DNA of 64,000 nucleotides from Zygnema circumcarinatum SAG 698-1b. Taxonomy: Eukaryota > Plantae > Zygnematophyceae. The position numbers and the translations under genes were made by a program. Location of the stretch: positions 2,451,361-2,515,360 of the forward strand of contig CM074805.1 of NCBI GenBank assembly GCA_037447605.1. The letters are read 5' to 3'. The notes beneath the pieces are model-generated. The model was given only the letters and a program-made list of their open reading frames with translations, was not told where the DNA came from and ran no database searches. Positions 24,533-37,589 of the stretch are shown in pieces (the stretch's first letter is position 1; each line of letters begins with the position of its first letter).

Positions 24533-26884
24533 CTAGAGGAATTGTTTTATTCCGTAGATCATCAATAACTACTCCTGGATAAGGATGTCAATGGACCTGT
24601 GGTCTACTGCAGGCCTCTTCAGAATCCAGTCTTGGAAGAGTGTTTGAGTTTCGCATAACGATGGAGCATGAACATGCAGAGGAAGATTTAGCATTTACAG
24701 TTGTGGTCCCCTATTGTGGTTCTCTTGACGAAGAGAGAGTGACCTTTGGCAGGGCCTGTTGGGGAAAGCGGAAGAGGCAAAGCAAGATCCTCTAAAGGCA
24801 CGTAAAGTGGCAAGAGATGGAGACGAACGAGGACCTGGTTAGTGCTGTTTATCCATGAGGGCATGCGAACTGGAGAAGTCAAGGGCCAGCTGAAGGCGGA
24901 GAGGAATGGATGCAATTCCTGGCAAATGGTTCAGAGATGTGAGCTTTGCAGCTCAAGCTGCAAACGTAGTGAGGCTGCAGAGGGCTTAAGGCTACGGCTG
25001 TAGGAGGATTGTGTTCAGAAATTTTCAGTACGGACTTTAATTGGTAAGGGGGTTGCCAATCACCTGCTGCAGGGGCTGATGATACCGCCGTGTCAGAAGC
25101 TCCTCGAATGACTATAGTGCGGCCTGATACTTCACAGATGGTGGTGTATGATCCCAGGCAAGGATTTGGTAGGACCTTGCTCCTCTCTCCCTCCCTTTGT
25201 CTTGTTGCCAGTATTGGTCGTGTGTGGACATTCATTGCAAGCTGAAGGAAACAGTTTACGAGAGCTGAAACAAAATACATAAAAAAGAAGAGAGTAGTTT
25301 TCTTTTTTGGAGAAGCAAAATCTCAACCATACTGACTCGTGTCACAAGGGGGGGCGATGGCAGGAATGCCAGTTATGGCTGCCCAGCCGGGACTGGCGTA
25401 CGGCGCTGCGACTCCTTCAATGCAAATACTTGCGACTCCGACCACTCCAATGCTCCCGCCAACTATCTCAATGTCTATGCCTCTGCCTAGTGGGGTGGTG
25501 GCAGTCCCTGGACCGGGTGAGAGAGGAACTTTAGATGCAGCTAGAGGCATCATCCTTTCACATCGGACAGCCGTTGTTGTTATAGTCCATAAACTGACAA
25601 CCGTTATCTTTGCTGCTATCGTCTGTCATCGAACTCCTCTTTATAATTAATTTACATGTCATTTAATCCAGCTAGTGAGCATCTCGAAGGCCCTCTGTAA
25701 TGTGTTTGGTGCCACTTCCAAGCGCTTATAAAACTCAGATTGGTACTAGCTGGTCGGATTGATTTGCAGGTCCTTCACAGATGGTGGTAGGCCAGCCTCA
25801 AGCAGCCCCAGCACTACTGCAAGCACCTTCACAGACAGCCACTATACAGCGCCCTCCCTCCATATCTCTTCTACCATCTGCGCCTTCCACTGGAGTGGAA
25901 GGCGCAGTAGGGACTTCAGCATCTTCAATGGATGACGCTACTCTTGCTGTTCTTCCTCCCAGCCTCGGCCTCTTTCTTTCCATGCCACGTGGTCCAGGTA
26001 AGTTTTTTTTTTTTTTTTTTCTAAACGTTCTCCTTCACAGTACTTATTGACCTCTATACTTTTCCTGCGTTGGAAGCAGAGAAGGGCATGGTCCCCTCTC
26101 AGTGCTTGGACGTTTCTGGAAATTAATACTTTCTGACGACGAGCTACAAAAGGGTCGCGGAATTGTTGCTTCAGGGCCATATCCAGATGTCGATTACGTC
26201 ATATCGGTTCTCCTCCAGACCGACCTTGTGGCTCATTCTTTAGCCACTGCTGGACTACCCCTCCAGCCAGTCTCTGGCGGTCAGGCCATGGACGCCTCCA
26301 CACAGGCCGCCGCGGTAGGCAGTCCATCCACCGGAGGAGCACAAGGAGGGCACTCGCCTGCACAGACTACTCGTCCTCCGATAGCAACAAAGCGGAAGGA
26401 GCTTGAAAGTAAGACTTTGGCATTCCTTTTGCTTCGCTCCTGACTTCGAATGGCGGATTTGAATGCTTGATGCAGGTCCGCGTTTGAGAATAGATTTTAG
26501 AAAAGTGGAGTGACAGGAATTGCAGGGGTTGAGAAGAAGCCGCTGACCGGGTTCAGAACGATGGCAATGTTGAAAGGATCGAGGGGGGGGAGGGGGGGGG
26601 GGAAGGAATAGGGAGGGAGAGAGAGAGAGAGAGCGAGAGAGAGAATGTCCTTTGCTTTTGAGGGTTCTAGGATATGATGTATGTGGGTTGCTTGGGGAGG
26701 TGCAGAAGGTAGTGAGGGAGGTGCAGGGGGAGGCAATGCTCCTCCTCAGCGTGATCTCTATCGGTGGAGGCTTCTGCAGAAGACGCGAGGAGGTTCGGGT
26801 GGAGGAGGCGGAGGGACGCCCAGCGGCGGCACTCACAGCGGTGGGACCTACAGCAGCGACAGGGTGTCCAACAGCTCCGGCTGA
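15874..26884 (+). CDS. CSTF77: Cleavage stimulation factor 77 kDa subunit (HAT-repeat, Suf/Rna14 family), more than 20 exons
   Basis: Exons read DRYNLEAWATLAAEAQ (16435-16512), WEHLLAAFPSA, GKWWKAYVEDQM..QIFGRCLLNC, GLDIGSGPLWEEYIKFLK, VEQLWKEYEAFE, AKGLLAEYQP, NNPQRLTD, PDIWYDYAMWH, MRFVRRTDGVEAARKAF, YADFLAKMNDDRNMRALFERALS, PDTSQMVVYDPRQ, PYPDVDYVISVLLQ, and terminal PPQRDLYRWRLLQKTRG..SNSSG*. Confidence 0.96.
22475..22520 (+). repeat. Compound (ATT/ACT)n microsatellite in the longest CstF-77 intron
   Basis: ctattattactactattactattattattactattattattactat. Confidence 0.8.
24506..24532 (+). repeat. Poly-T tract (27 nt) in a CstF-77 intron
   Basis: Direct count. Confidence 0.85.
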
Positions 26885-27720
26885 ATGGGCAGGCCGCCGG
26901 GTCATTCTTTAATTCTAGGAAAAATTGAATTTGAAGCGGTGTTTTACCCTGAAAAAATGTGCGTCTCTTATTGGGTACCCTTTGCAAGAAGTCCTTCACA
27001 TGGTATGTCTCGGGCATGATGCGTACGGAGATAGATTGAGGCGCAGGCTCTGTTTTGTCACTCTTCCAGACAGGCGGCAGCTTGAAGGAGGGAAATACGA
27101 CTCCTAAAATTTCAATGACGAAGAAAAATAGGAAAAGATAAAGCTATTGTTGCTGAACTATTGCAATTCTGCCGCCCTCCTGGGGGATGTCGACATCTCC
27201 CAGGAAACAGCATCTCGGCTGCAAATGGAAATCTTCAAGTTGATAGCTTCCTACACCCCAACTTCCTTCAGCAAAACTGTCGCCTGGACAAATGCCACAT
27301 GGACTCCAAATGCCACAGTAGTGGTAAGATGAGGCGAGAATATGGACACGTCTAAAAGCTGGACAACCTCGCCTCGTTTTCTTCCTGTACGGTGCATTAA
27401 CGCATGTTCAAGATTCGTCTGACCTTTGTGAACTGTGGGTGCATGCATATCCATTGAAAAAAAAAACAGTTGGCATTGACCTCACGTTGGCGGTGGCATC
27501 GAAATGTACGTGGACCCATTCAAAGGCTTAAGCCCAGAACGGAAGGAAGAACCACGAGTGGCCCCGACACGCCTTGAAGGTGCCCTACTAAAGGAAAAGC
27601 CAATGGCGGCTGGCGACGTGTATAGATGTGTCGACGTGGCATGCTGTGATTGGCGTAGCCTTGAAAACCTTGATCCGTTTGCGCGCAGTGGGAACGTACC
27701 AGATTCGCGGCCTCCTCGTG

Positions 27721-27734
27721 GCGCCACGTGGCGC
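27721..27734. promoter_or_regulatory. Perfect 14-bp palindromic G-box GCGCCACGTGGCGC upstream of ABC1K8
   Basis: About 200 bp upstream of the ATG at 27939. Further ACGT cores lie nearby (GACGTG at about 27614 and 27632). G-boxes are established light/ABA elements of plastid-protein genes. Confidence 0.5.
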
Positions 27735-27938
27735 AAAAATCCGCGACTCGTGGACGGGCGCCCGCCGGGCCCCCCCGCGCGCGGATGACAGATTCCAGGA
27801 GTGAGGGAGGGAGAGGCGAGGGCGGGAGTAGGGAGAGAGAGGAGGGAGAGAAAGAGGGAGAGTGCTTGCAGCGGGAAAGAAAGTGGGAGGGAGAGAGGGA
27901 GGCAGGGAGGGGAAGAAAGAGGGCGCTTGGTAGGCAGC

Positions 27939-30900
27939 ATGGCATCCTTGGCTGTTGCAGGAAAGGTCGTTGCAGGAGTTTCAGTGAGCAATGGTTTTGA
28001 TCCCTTGAAGTGCTTTTCTCAGGGAGGGCAAGCTGTCCGTGTTGGAGCTTGTTCAGGGAGAGTGGTAGGCGGTGCAGGAGGGCGGAGGGGGCATGTTTTG
28101 TCCGTGGGAGGGAGGATAGGGAGAGTACGGAAGACGGTGAAGCGGTGGGAAGGAGGCGGTCGCTTGCTTGCTACAAGATTGGCGGAGCCACCGGTGTCAG
28201 GGGATTTGGTTCAAAGGGAAGGGGATGGAACAGTGCTGCTTCCGGTGTACAATACGGAGGAAACTGGAGGTGAAGCAGTAGAAGAACTTCAAGCAGTTTC
28301 CGCTGTTGGAGTTAATGGAGCAGCTAGGTCTTCGCCTGCCTCCACAAACGGAGCCGCCTTTGCAAACGAAGCGGTTCTCTCTTCATCTAACGGCGCCACT
28401 AGTGCAGTTGTTGTTCAACAGGATGTCGTTTTGCCGAACAATGTTGTGAAGTCACTCAGCAGTGATACGGACAGATCAGCAGGAGTGGTGGAGGTATTAT
28501 CCACAGAAGACGAGCCCTGGTTCAAGAAGTCCAAGGATGTTCGGGCAAGTATCTTTCTCTCTCTCTCTCTCTCTCACACACACACTCTCTCTCCCGCACA
28601 CGCACACTCTCTCTCCCGCACACTCACACTCTCTCGTCTTTTCTCTCATTATCTTATCCTCGCTCTCTCCATTCCTGCAATCTCTATTTCTTCTTTCTTA
28701 TACTTGGCTCATCTGCTATTCTACCTATGTTTAAGTTAAAGTTTTCTATTGGTATTGAGAAGGGGCTTGACTCTTGATTGAAGTGGTCCTGCAGGTCTCT
28801 GTGGCTCCAGGAGGTCGGTGGAATCAATTTAAGACTTACTCCACATTGCAGCGGACACTTGAAATCTGGGGTTTCGTCTTTGCTTTCCTCATTAGAGTAA
28901 GCATTTCTCGACCAGGGGAGCAGGACTTGCTTTTATTCACTTGACTGTGATATTGATGATGGTAGGAGCCATTTCTGTCCCGAGATGGGCAATTCCTTCG
29001 GGGAAACTCTTCTATTTCTGCCCTGATGTTGCCAAGGACACAAATGGAAAGTAGCAGTTATTGTCCCAGAAGCCAGTTTCAGCTGATGGCCAAACTGTGT
29101 TGAATTAACCTGTTGTGTGGAGGAATTGCGTCTTGTTGCTTTCGCCTCATGTACTCTCAGTAGAAATACTCCCTTGTGTTCTGGGGTGGCTTTTCAACTG
29201 ATTTACACTATCGCCTGCTTGTTTTTAATGCTTTGAGTAATTATCAACTGACTTGAGAGTATTTGGTTGACATGGGATTTTGGGATTTTGTTGAGCAGGC
29301 CTGGCTGTTAGATCAGAAGTTCGCTTACAAAGGCGGAATCACAGAGGAGAAAAAGAGTATCAAACGTATGGCGCTGGCCAAGTGGCTGAAGGAGGGACTT
29401 CTGCGTTTGGGCCCCACCTTTATTAAGATTGGGCAGCAGTTTTCCACTCGGGTTAGTTTTCTCCTCGAGGATTGCTCACGGAAAGAAATTAGCACGTTCT
29501 TAATTCCTTGCAATAGCTAAGCGAGGTCTTGGAGTGAAGGAATTGAAAACAGGAATTTATTTTTCAATACCTTAGAAGGAGACTGTTGGGGAAATTTGAA
29601 TTAGAAGACGGAATGGAGTGAGAACAGTTCACATGGCAACACCAGCTAGGTGCATGACATATGTGGTAATCATTATGAGATAACAGTTAATTGGTGAATA
29701 TTCAGGTCGCGTTAAGAAAGTATTCTAGTTAGCAAACCAAGCTGTGACAAGGATAAGTGTTTGAAGAGGTTGGGCTTGCAGTAGCCTGCTTGACTATCAA
29801 GCTTCTCAATGAAATTTATGGGCCCGAGTCAAGAATACTGAACGTCCTTCCTGGATCCCTTTCCAGAATTAAAGTGGATAATAAGTTGTCCAAAGCAGTT
29901 TTACATGCCTGGCTCAAAAGAAAAGCTTGAATCCGCGGATTTTTCAATAATGATAAAGCGCTAACAAGCCACATGAATGAAGTCTATTTCTCGTGATAGC
30001 AGGTGTGGATGTATCCGGTCGTACATACAGGGTAGGACACGCATGAACGAAGGTTTTTCTTGAAAAAGTTTATGTGGGAGTTTTGTGACACATGGAAGCG
30101 GTGGTATTTTGCAGGTCGATATCCTGGCGCAGGAGTATGTGGATCAACTGGCCGAGTTGCAGGTAAACAATTTCTTTGTGCCCTTGCTTGGACTTTTTTC
30201 CTTAGAAAAGTGAAGGAGAGACATTTTCTATAGTTTTTGCACGTTCGCTCCTTGTCAAGACATCGTTGTTTTCATCGTCCATCACCGTGTTCTTGGCTAA
30301 CCTGGAAGTTGATATTGAGCTTGAATTAGTATCTTTCTCTATCTTTGAAAAATTATTCACCGTCGATGAGCTTGGAGCAGGATCAAGTGCCTCCATTCGA
30401 TTCCGATGTTGCCATCAATATTTTGGAGAAGGAGATTGGGAGGCCTATTTCAGAAGTATTTGAACGGTTTGACAGAGACCCCATTGCAGCTGCTAGTCTC
30501 GGTATGCATCTTTTGCTGGCACTGCATGCCGTCAGAGTAAACGCGAGCATGACCATTTGAGTGTTCGAATGTGCATTTGATGATGAGAAGCAGCAGTAAA
30601 GTCATTGACGCATTGCACAGAGAGGCTTGGTGTCTTATTAAAAGTGAATACAAACAATTTAAAGCGTACCTGGATTATTTTCGGTCATTTGCAAGTCAGA
30701 ATGATCAGCGAAGTGATGTGAAATGTATTGACTACCCAGAACTTAGTGTCCGTTAAGGAACGAAATCGCAAGACAAGAAGCATTAATAGTGGCTTGATCG
30801 AATGGACAGAAGGTAGTGTAGGGATAGTTGTTGGCATCTGATAAGGAAACTTCTGGAAGGCCTTCAAGAAGGAAAAGCAATGAAAAAAAACGACAAGAGT

Positions 30901-33900
30901 AATGAATGTATGCACGGAAGTAGAGGGGTTTGTGCAAGCTGACATGCGAATGAGTCATTGATTCATAAGAGGATGGCTAATGAAAGATGGCAAACGGACC
31001 AGAACGTCAGAGAATATGGCAGTGATCAAGTGTTTTAAAGTTTCAGAAGGCTAAAAGCTTCAGTAGTGAGGCAAGAGGAAGGGTGGGGGCAATGTGGGAG
31101 AAACAACGATGTGAGGTTTGAAGTATTGATGACGCTTGTTAGAGAGCCGTGAGTGACGGGAGAAAGACGAGAGGGCAAAAGAGAGCACTGAAGATGACCT
31201 GAAATTGTGAAATTGCATTTTAGTTTGCATGGATATCATTCTTTTTTCCCTTTTAACCCATCGGAAAATGTGGAATTCTTATAATACTGTGGGGAAGTGC
31301 AGGGCAGGTGCATCGCGCACGCCTGAACGGGCTCGAGGTGGTGGTGAAGATTCAGCGCCCGGGGCTGAAGGACCTTTTCGATATTGACCTGAAAAACCTA
31401 AGGGTTAGTTTTTCTATGCTGTTTCTGTGCCTTCGCGAGTCTGCAGTCTCAAGTATTTAGTTACATCTGGCATTTGGTCCTTTTGTTGGTTTGCCGGAGG
31501 CTTTTGTAGTCACCTCACTAGCCGCTCCACTTGCTTTTGGCTGACCTCTTGGTGAAGTGTTTTTGTTCCTTTCTCTTTGCATGTGCAGGTAATCGCTGAG
31601 AATTTACAGAAAATTGATCCCAAGTCTGATGGAGCCAAGCGAGATTGGGTTGCCATATATGATGAGTGCGCCTCTGTGCTCTATGAGGTAAGCGCGCTTA
31701 CAGTACTGTGTTACAGCTTGATATGAAGGTCTGAGGAAGATGAGGCACTTTTGTTTTACTTAGACCTTCGGATGATTGAGGATGGCTTGCATGTGTGCCC
31801 GTTTTCTTAATGTCGCTAATGGATGGTTGCAGGCATATCACAAATCGATTAATACAAGGGCAATATCTGCCCCATGGGAAAATAAAAAAGTAGTAGTGGT
31901 AGTAGTAGCTAGTTTTTTTTGTAACTTTTTATGGTGGCTAATGCCCTTAATGATTTATGTGTCTTTGATCTGATTGTGACTCTATGGAGCAGGAAATCGA
32001 TTACATAAAGGAAGGCCAGAATGCAGACACGTTTCGTAAAAATTTTGAGGCGCTGGATTATGTGAAGGTTCCAAAAATATATTGGCAGTATTCGACACCC
32101 CAGGTAAGGTTGACGGCCCAAGAGGGTTTGAACGGGTTTTCAGTGATCGCCATTGAATTTTGTTTTTTTTTTTCCACTCTGTTTCCTTTTTTCGCATGTT
32201 GATTCGTTTTGGACAAACGAGCTGATAACGAGCGCCATTGCAGGTTTTGGTGATGGAATACGTTCCTGGAATTAAGATTAACCGCATCGCTGATTTAGAT
32301 AAATTGGGAGTAGATCGCCAAAGGTCAGCAGCCTGGTTCTTCACATGTCGGCTAAATTGCACTTGGGCAAGCACAGAATGTAACAGCAGAACTATTCCCA
32401 CTAAGATCAAATGCTAAAACCCATTGCATACGTACGTGACTGCAGGCTGGCACGGTACACAGTGGAGTCATACCTCGAACAAATCCTTCGCCATGGCTTT
32501 TTCCATGCAGACCCGGTAGAGATTTTTCTCATACTGTTCTAGCTTGAATTATGTATCAGCATTAGCAATCTTGTTGTGTTTTGCGAACATTTCGATGGAT
32601 AAGTTACACGTGGCAAATATGATGGGGATCGTTGATTATGACTTATTGATGCTGTTTTTTCATTTTGGGATGTGGCGGGTTGCAGCATCCGGGGAACATC
32701 GCTGTTGATGATTACAATGGTGGACGATTGTAAGAAACCTGAAACTGTTTAGGGTATCTGAAGGCCTGAAATGTGTATTGGAAATGGAACTAGACACATG
32801 ACTCCAAAAACAATCAGGATTTGAATCACCGCTTGTCGTATTCTTCCGTAAATTTGGCATTTTCAAGGCTTGTGAGAATTCTGTAAGACGGCGTATATTC
32901 TGTTGGCTGAGCAGTAAGTAAGAGCTCATACGGATTGGTTTGTTGTCGATTGCAGGATATTTTACGACTTTGGTATGATGGGCAGGTGGGATCGCCTTCC
33001 ACTTGGGCTGTATGTGAGAACTGATAATCAGGATCGATTATCAAGGCACACAAAAAGAAAATTCTTAAGTCGATGGGTCTCTGTTGATCTGTTGCTTGTC
33101 GTCTGGTGATACTACGTGATTGCTGATTGTGGACTCGTTGCTTGGTTCTGAGCAGCATTAGTCCCAACATTAGGGAGGGACTCGTTGAGGCATTTTATGG
33201 CATTTACGAGAAAGATCCAGACAAGGTGAGCGTCCCTTTTCACATGGGATTTAAATATGTGGACGACGGTGGAACTCATATTGAAGGAAAACGAAAATGG
33301 AGAAAAGAAATAGGAATAGCACGAAGATAAGGAGTGGAGATGGAAGGTATTGGCAATGATGAGATAGCTCTATTCAAGGTGTTGATTTTAAATCATCAAA
33401 TGAGTTAGTAGAGGTTTCATCAAAAGAGGATGGGCTGTTCTGCAGGTGTTGGATGCTTTTGTGCAAATGGGAGTGTTGGTAGAAACGGGGGATCGTACAG
33501 CAATACGGAGAACAGCACAATTCTTTCTGAAGAGGTATGCTCTACGTGGTTGAATACAGACTCGTTCCTCTTGTCCGTTGACTTGGAGTAAAATGAATCA
33601 AGAGTAAAAGCTACGGCAAAGTTAGCTACTTTGACAATAGTCGCACTTTCACTTGTAATGCGGATGAGTCGAGGACTTTCCGTGCTAATCAAGGTCGCGC
33701 ATATTTGTTTTCAGAGTCCGTAATATGATGATTTTCTGTCCTGAAAATCAAGCTGCTTACTGAAAGATAGGAGCTTTGACAAATGTCGAGGTAGGATGCG
33801 AACAACTAACCTGTTGGAATGGGAGAGGTGGTGCAACGAGCAGCTTTGAGACCAGGCTGGCAGACCAGCAGAAGGAGAGGGAGGAGGCTGAGAAAGAGCT

Positions 33901-35616
33901 GGGTTTCAAAAAGGTACTCACAAAGGAGGAGATGACTCAGAAGAAGAAGAAGCGATTGGCCGCCATCGGTGAGTTCTCTCCTTCCGATGTTGTTTCTTAA
34001 ATCGTGTCTGGCTAGTTTTCTCTCCCACTCACCTTTTCTCTCTCGCTGCAGGAGAGGACCTCCTCACCATTGCTGTCGATCAGCCCTTCCGCTTCCCGGC
34101 TACGTGAGTCTCTCCCAAACCCTGGCCTCTCGGTTCCCCTTCCCTACTCTCCTCTCTCCTACCCCTCTTTTCTCTCAATGTCTTGCCTCTTGTCTTTACC
34201 TTCCTTTCCTTCACTCCATTTCATCTTCTCTCTCCTTTCATCAGGTATTTTCAGATCGTGAGGTACTAAGGTTTCCCTTCTTTGTCTTGGCTGTGCAGCT
34301 TCACTTTTGTGGTGCGTGCCTTTTCTGGTGAGCAATGATGTCTCTATACCTTGAAGAGTATACACAGCTAGTTTAAAACATTCTAACTCTGACTTTCCTT
34401 GCTGCTTATTCTGGCAGTTGCGTATGTGGCTTAATGCAAGTGGATTGAATCTGTGAAGCAAATGCTCAATTTCTTGGTGGAAATCCTGCGCTCTGTATTT
34501 GGCAAGGGGAATGACTTAACGTCTTTTTTTTGTTGCTGTGGTCTTCTTTCAATGTCTTTGGATGGGTATCGTCTCCTTCAGTTCTTGATGGAATTGGAAA
34601 GGGCTTGGATTCGCGCTTCGATATTTCGGAAATCGCTCGACCGTAAGGACTACCATGCCTTCTCTACTCTGCCTAGTTTCAGCTTTAATTACGTTATTGC
34701 ATCCATTTGAACTAGTTTGTGGGACTTTTATCCATTTCCTGAGTTGGTTCTTTCCTTTCTGAAAACGAGGACGATGGTCTAAGGCATTTATTTTGCTGTT
34801 CTATGTTGACTTGCATTTGGATTTTACAGATACGCTATGGAGCTCCTGCGTTTCCGGGAAATTGGCAGGGGTGTGATTTTGTTGGTAAGACTGGGCATTT
34901 GTACCTTCTTTACCATTCATATCGCTTTTACTGCTTGGTCCAAGGATGGGCCCTCCGATTGACAAAAGCCTTGAAGTTTGAGATATAAGTTTTGAATTTT
35001 TAAATGATGCAGGACCTCAAGAAAAGGTGGGATCGACAGGCTCGTGCCTTTGTTAACTTGTTCCGGCAACCTGACAGAGTCGAAAAGCTGGCAGAGGTTA
35101 TAACGAAGTTGGTGAGTGCCACCTCCAATATTCCGACCGGGTTACAGATGGCTTACAGAGAAAGAATTGTTTTGATCTCTCTGGGACTCGAAATGCAGTG
35201 CCCTTCCATTTCAGGATCTTTTCTGAATAATGAAATAGCCAGCCAAAGCACGAAGCGTGATTTTTCACGCAGACAAGAGCACCACTTTCTTTTTGAAGGC
35301 GGGCTCAGGAAATAGCGATTGTGCTTATTGAGTCTCTGCATTCTTGCAGGAACAAGGAGATTTGAAATTGCGAGTTCGTGCCCTGGAGGCAGAGCGCAGC
35401 TTCAAGAGGGTGGCGGTTGTGCAAAAGACCATTTTGCAAGCGATTGGAGCTGCTGCTCTTCTGAATTTGGGGACCATCCTTCAGCTGCACGCTGTGCGGG
35501 CAGCCGCGACCTCCTCCTTTATTGGCAGCGCCATGTTAGGGTTCCAGGTCCTCATCGGGCTTTTCGCGGTGAAGCGGTTGGACCAGCAGGAGAAGCTCAT
35601 TACGGGGACGGCGTAG
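27939..35616 (+). CDS. ABC1K8: Chloroplast ABC1 atypical kinase ABC1K8 (OSA1)
   Basis: Transit-peptide-like N-terminus followed by [164 protein letters not shown], and the diagnostic end LDQQEKLITGTA*. Confidence 0.96.
28552..28640 (+). repeat. Compound (CT)n/(CA)n microsatellite at the start of ABC1K8 intron 1
   Basis: tctttctctctctctctctctcacacacactctctctcccgcacacgcacactctctctcccgcacactcacactctctc, including a short duplicated unit. Confidence 0.85.
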
Positions 35617-36831
35617 GTCGAATAGCCCCTCCCCCGGGTTTACTTCTCCCGTTGGCGATCGCTTCATTTTTTTACCTTGTGCAAGTTTCTTCCGTTAGGT
35701 GGAAGGCGAGGGTGGGCACTATGTTTAGTGTGGCTTGGGATTTCAAGTGTGCTTGCGGCACCTTGTGGTAAAATTATTGGCAATAACTTGCCCGGTTGAG
35801 GAGGCGGCACGGGACGGGAAGGCAGTTAGTACTATAGCAGGACATTCAGGAGGGGCTCGGGACATGCCATGTGAATAAGACAGTAGGGCAAAGGCGACCA
35901 CCTGCAGGTCCGTGCAGGTTCTGAGGATGTACTATTTGACATTTTTCTGCAACCTCTCTAAGGCTCTTGGTGACTTCTGCCACGATGATTGTTGAAGGGC
36001 AACAACCCTATATCCCCCAACGCAATTCTTGAATCGTCAGATCTCACAAAAACCACTTTATCATCGTCATTTCAAGATATTTTTTATATCTTCGAAACCT
36101 CGATTCACAGACAGCCATTGCCAACTACTATACTGCGCACTAACGCAATGCATGGAACTGCCTCGTGAAAGATTTGGTTATTTACAGTACTCAAAGTTTT
36201 GGAAAATTGCTTGAAAATGAAGACTGTCGTTACTGTAAAAGCCGCGGCTGTCATTGGACAACCAAATCCGTAAACACTGGCAACATACGTGGATGCGGTT
36301 ATTGCCTGAAGTCCCTCCCTACCTGCGGCGATAAAGCAGGCAGCCACAGGGCAAGGGGCAGGCCCTCCAGCCAGCCGGACCGCTCTCTGTGGCGATGCCG
36401 TCAGCGGCTCCGGCAAGCGCAGGCTTGCGACGGCCGCCCCAGGACGAGGCGAGGCAGGCGAGGGGAGTTGAACTCGACTACAAAAAGTTGAACCGAGTTG
36501 AACTCCAGTCGCTTGGCTGACTGCCACGTAGGCGCCACGTTAGTGCCACATCGACGCCATGTCTGATCTGTCGGATTCAATGTGGAGTTGGTCAAAATGG
36601 TCGAATCGAGTCGAACCCGAACTCTACTCGCGCCGTCGCGCGGCGATGCCACGTAGAGCCCTGCATGCGTCGCACTCGAGCCGCTAGGAGCACGGCCCTA
36701 GGCCTAGCCGCGTGCCTCTAGAGTTTGGAACACAACTGTGGGCGGACCGTTGGATCAACCATTGTCAATGGTGCTAACCATTGGTTAAGGAGTGTTATTA
36801 TTTTATTTGGGTTATTAAAACCAGGCTGATT

Positions 36832-37392
36832 CTAGTGCCATGTTATTGAGCCTAGAGGTAGATTTCCGTTTAAAGGCTTTTTCTTTTTTTCTTTTGGTTT
36901 TTTGTGACTGTTTCCTTTGGTTCCCTATTTTGATTCTATCCATGTACATTTGTTGGCCTCGCCATCGTGAGATCAATTTCGCCTATCTTCAGAAGAAATT
37001 CCAAGTTAATGTATGTGGCATTGATCCAAGTTGATATGATTTGTAAATTTTAAACCACTGCGCTTCCATGCAATACGAGACGTGAATTCATATCTGCCGT
37101 CGGCAAATGAAATTTTACACTTTTCATGCAATGGTGGTCAACCATTTGATTCATCATTTTACACAAGTGAGAAAATTTCATTGAACTCACGATGGCGAGA
37201 TGATGGCGATTCATGGTTCGTGTCCAATGAAACGGAAAAGGATGTTTGATTGAACTCACGATGGCAAGACCATCAAATGTACATGGATAAAATCGACATA
37301 GGGAACCAGAGGTAGCGGTCACAAAGGACATAAGGACAAAGAGAAAGCCTCAAAACGGAAATCTACTTCTAGGCTCAACAACACGGCACTAG
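36832..37392. mobile_element. Fold-back/MITE-like element with ~140-bp imperfect inverted repeats
   Basis: 36832-36971 (CTAGTGCCATGTTATTGAGCCTAGAGGTAGATTTCCGTTT..TCCATGTACATTTG..GCCATCGTGAG) is the reverse complement, with substitutions, of 37255-37392. No ORF and no clear target-site duplication. The inverted repeat is certain; the TE label is inferred. Confidence 0.6.
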
Positions 37393-37589
37393 GAGCAGCC
37401 GCGACGATCGCCGATGTGCTTCTAGCCCCAACAGGAAGGGGCGGGAGACCACCGGGACGGGTCCCACCAACCGTTGCACGCCAAAGGATGGTAGAAGCAA
37501 GGCAGCGCTGCAAAGGGACGGAAATGCGCTGTCGATAAAAAGTTGCGAGGATCGCTGGAGGGCAGCTTCCGGGGCCGTGCATCTCAAAG

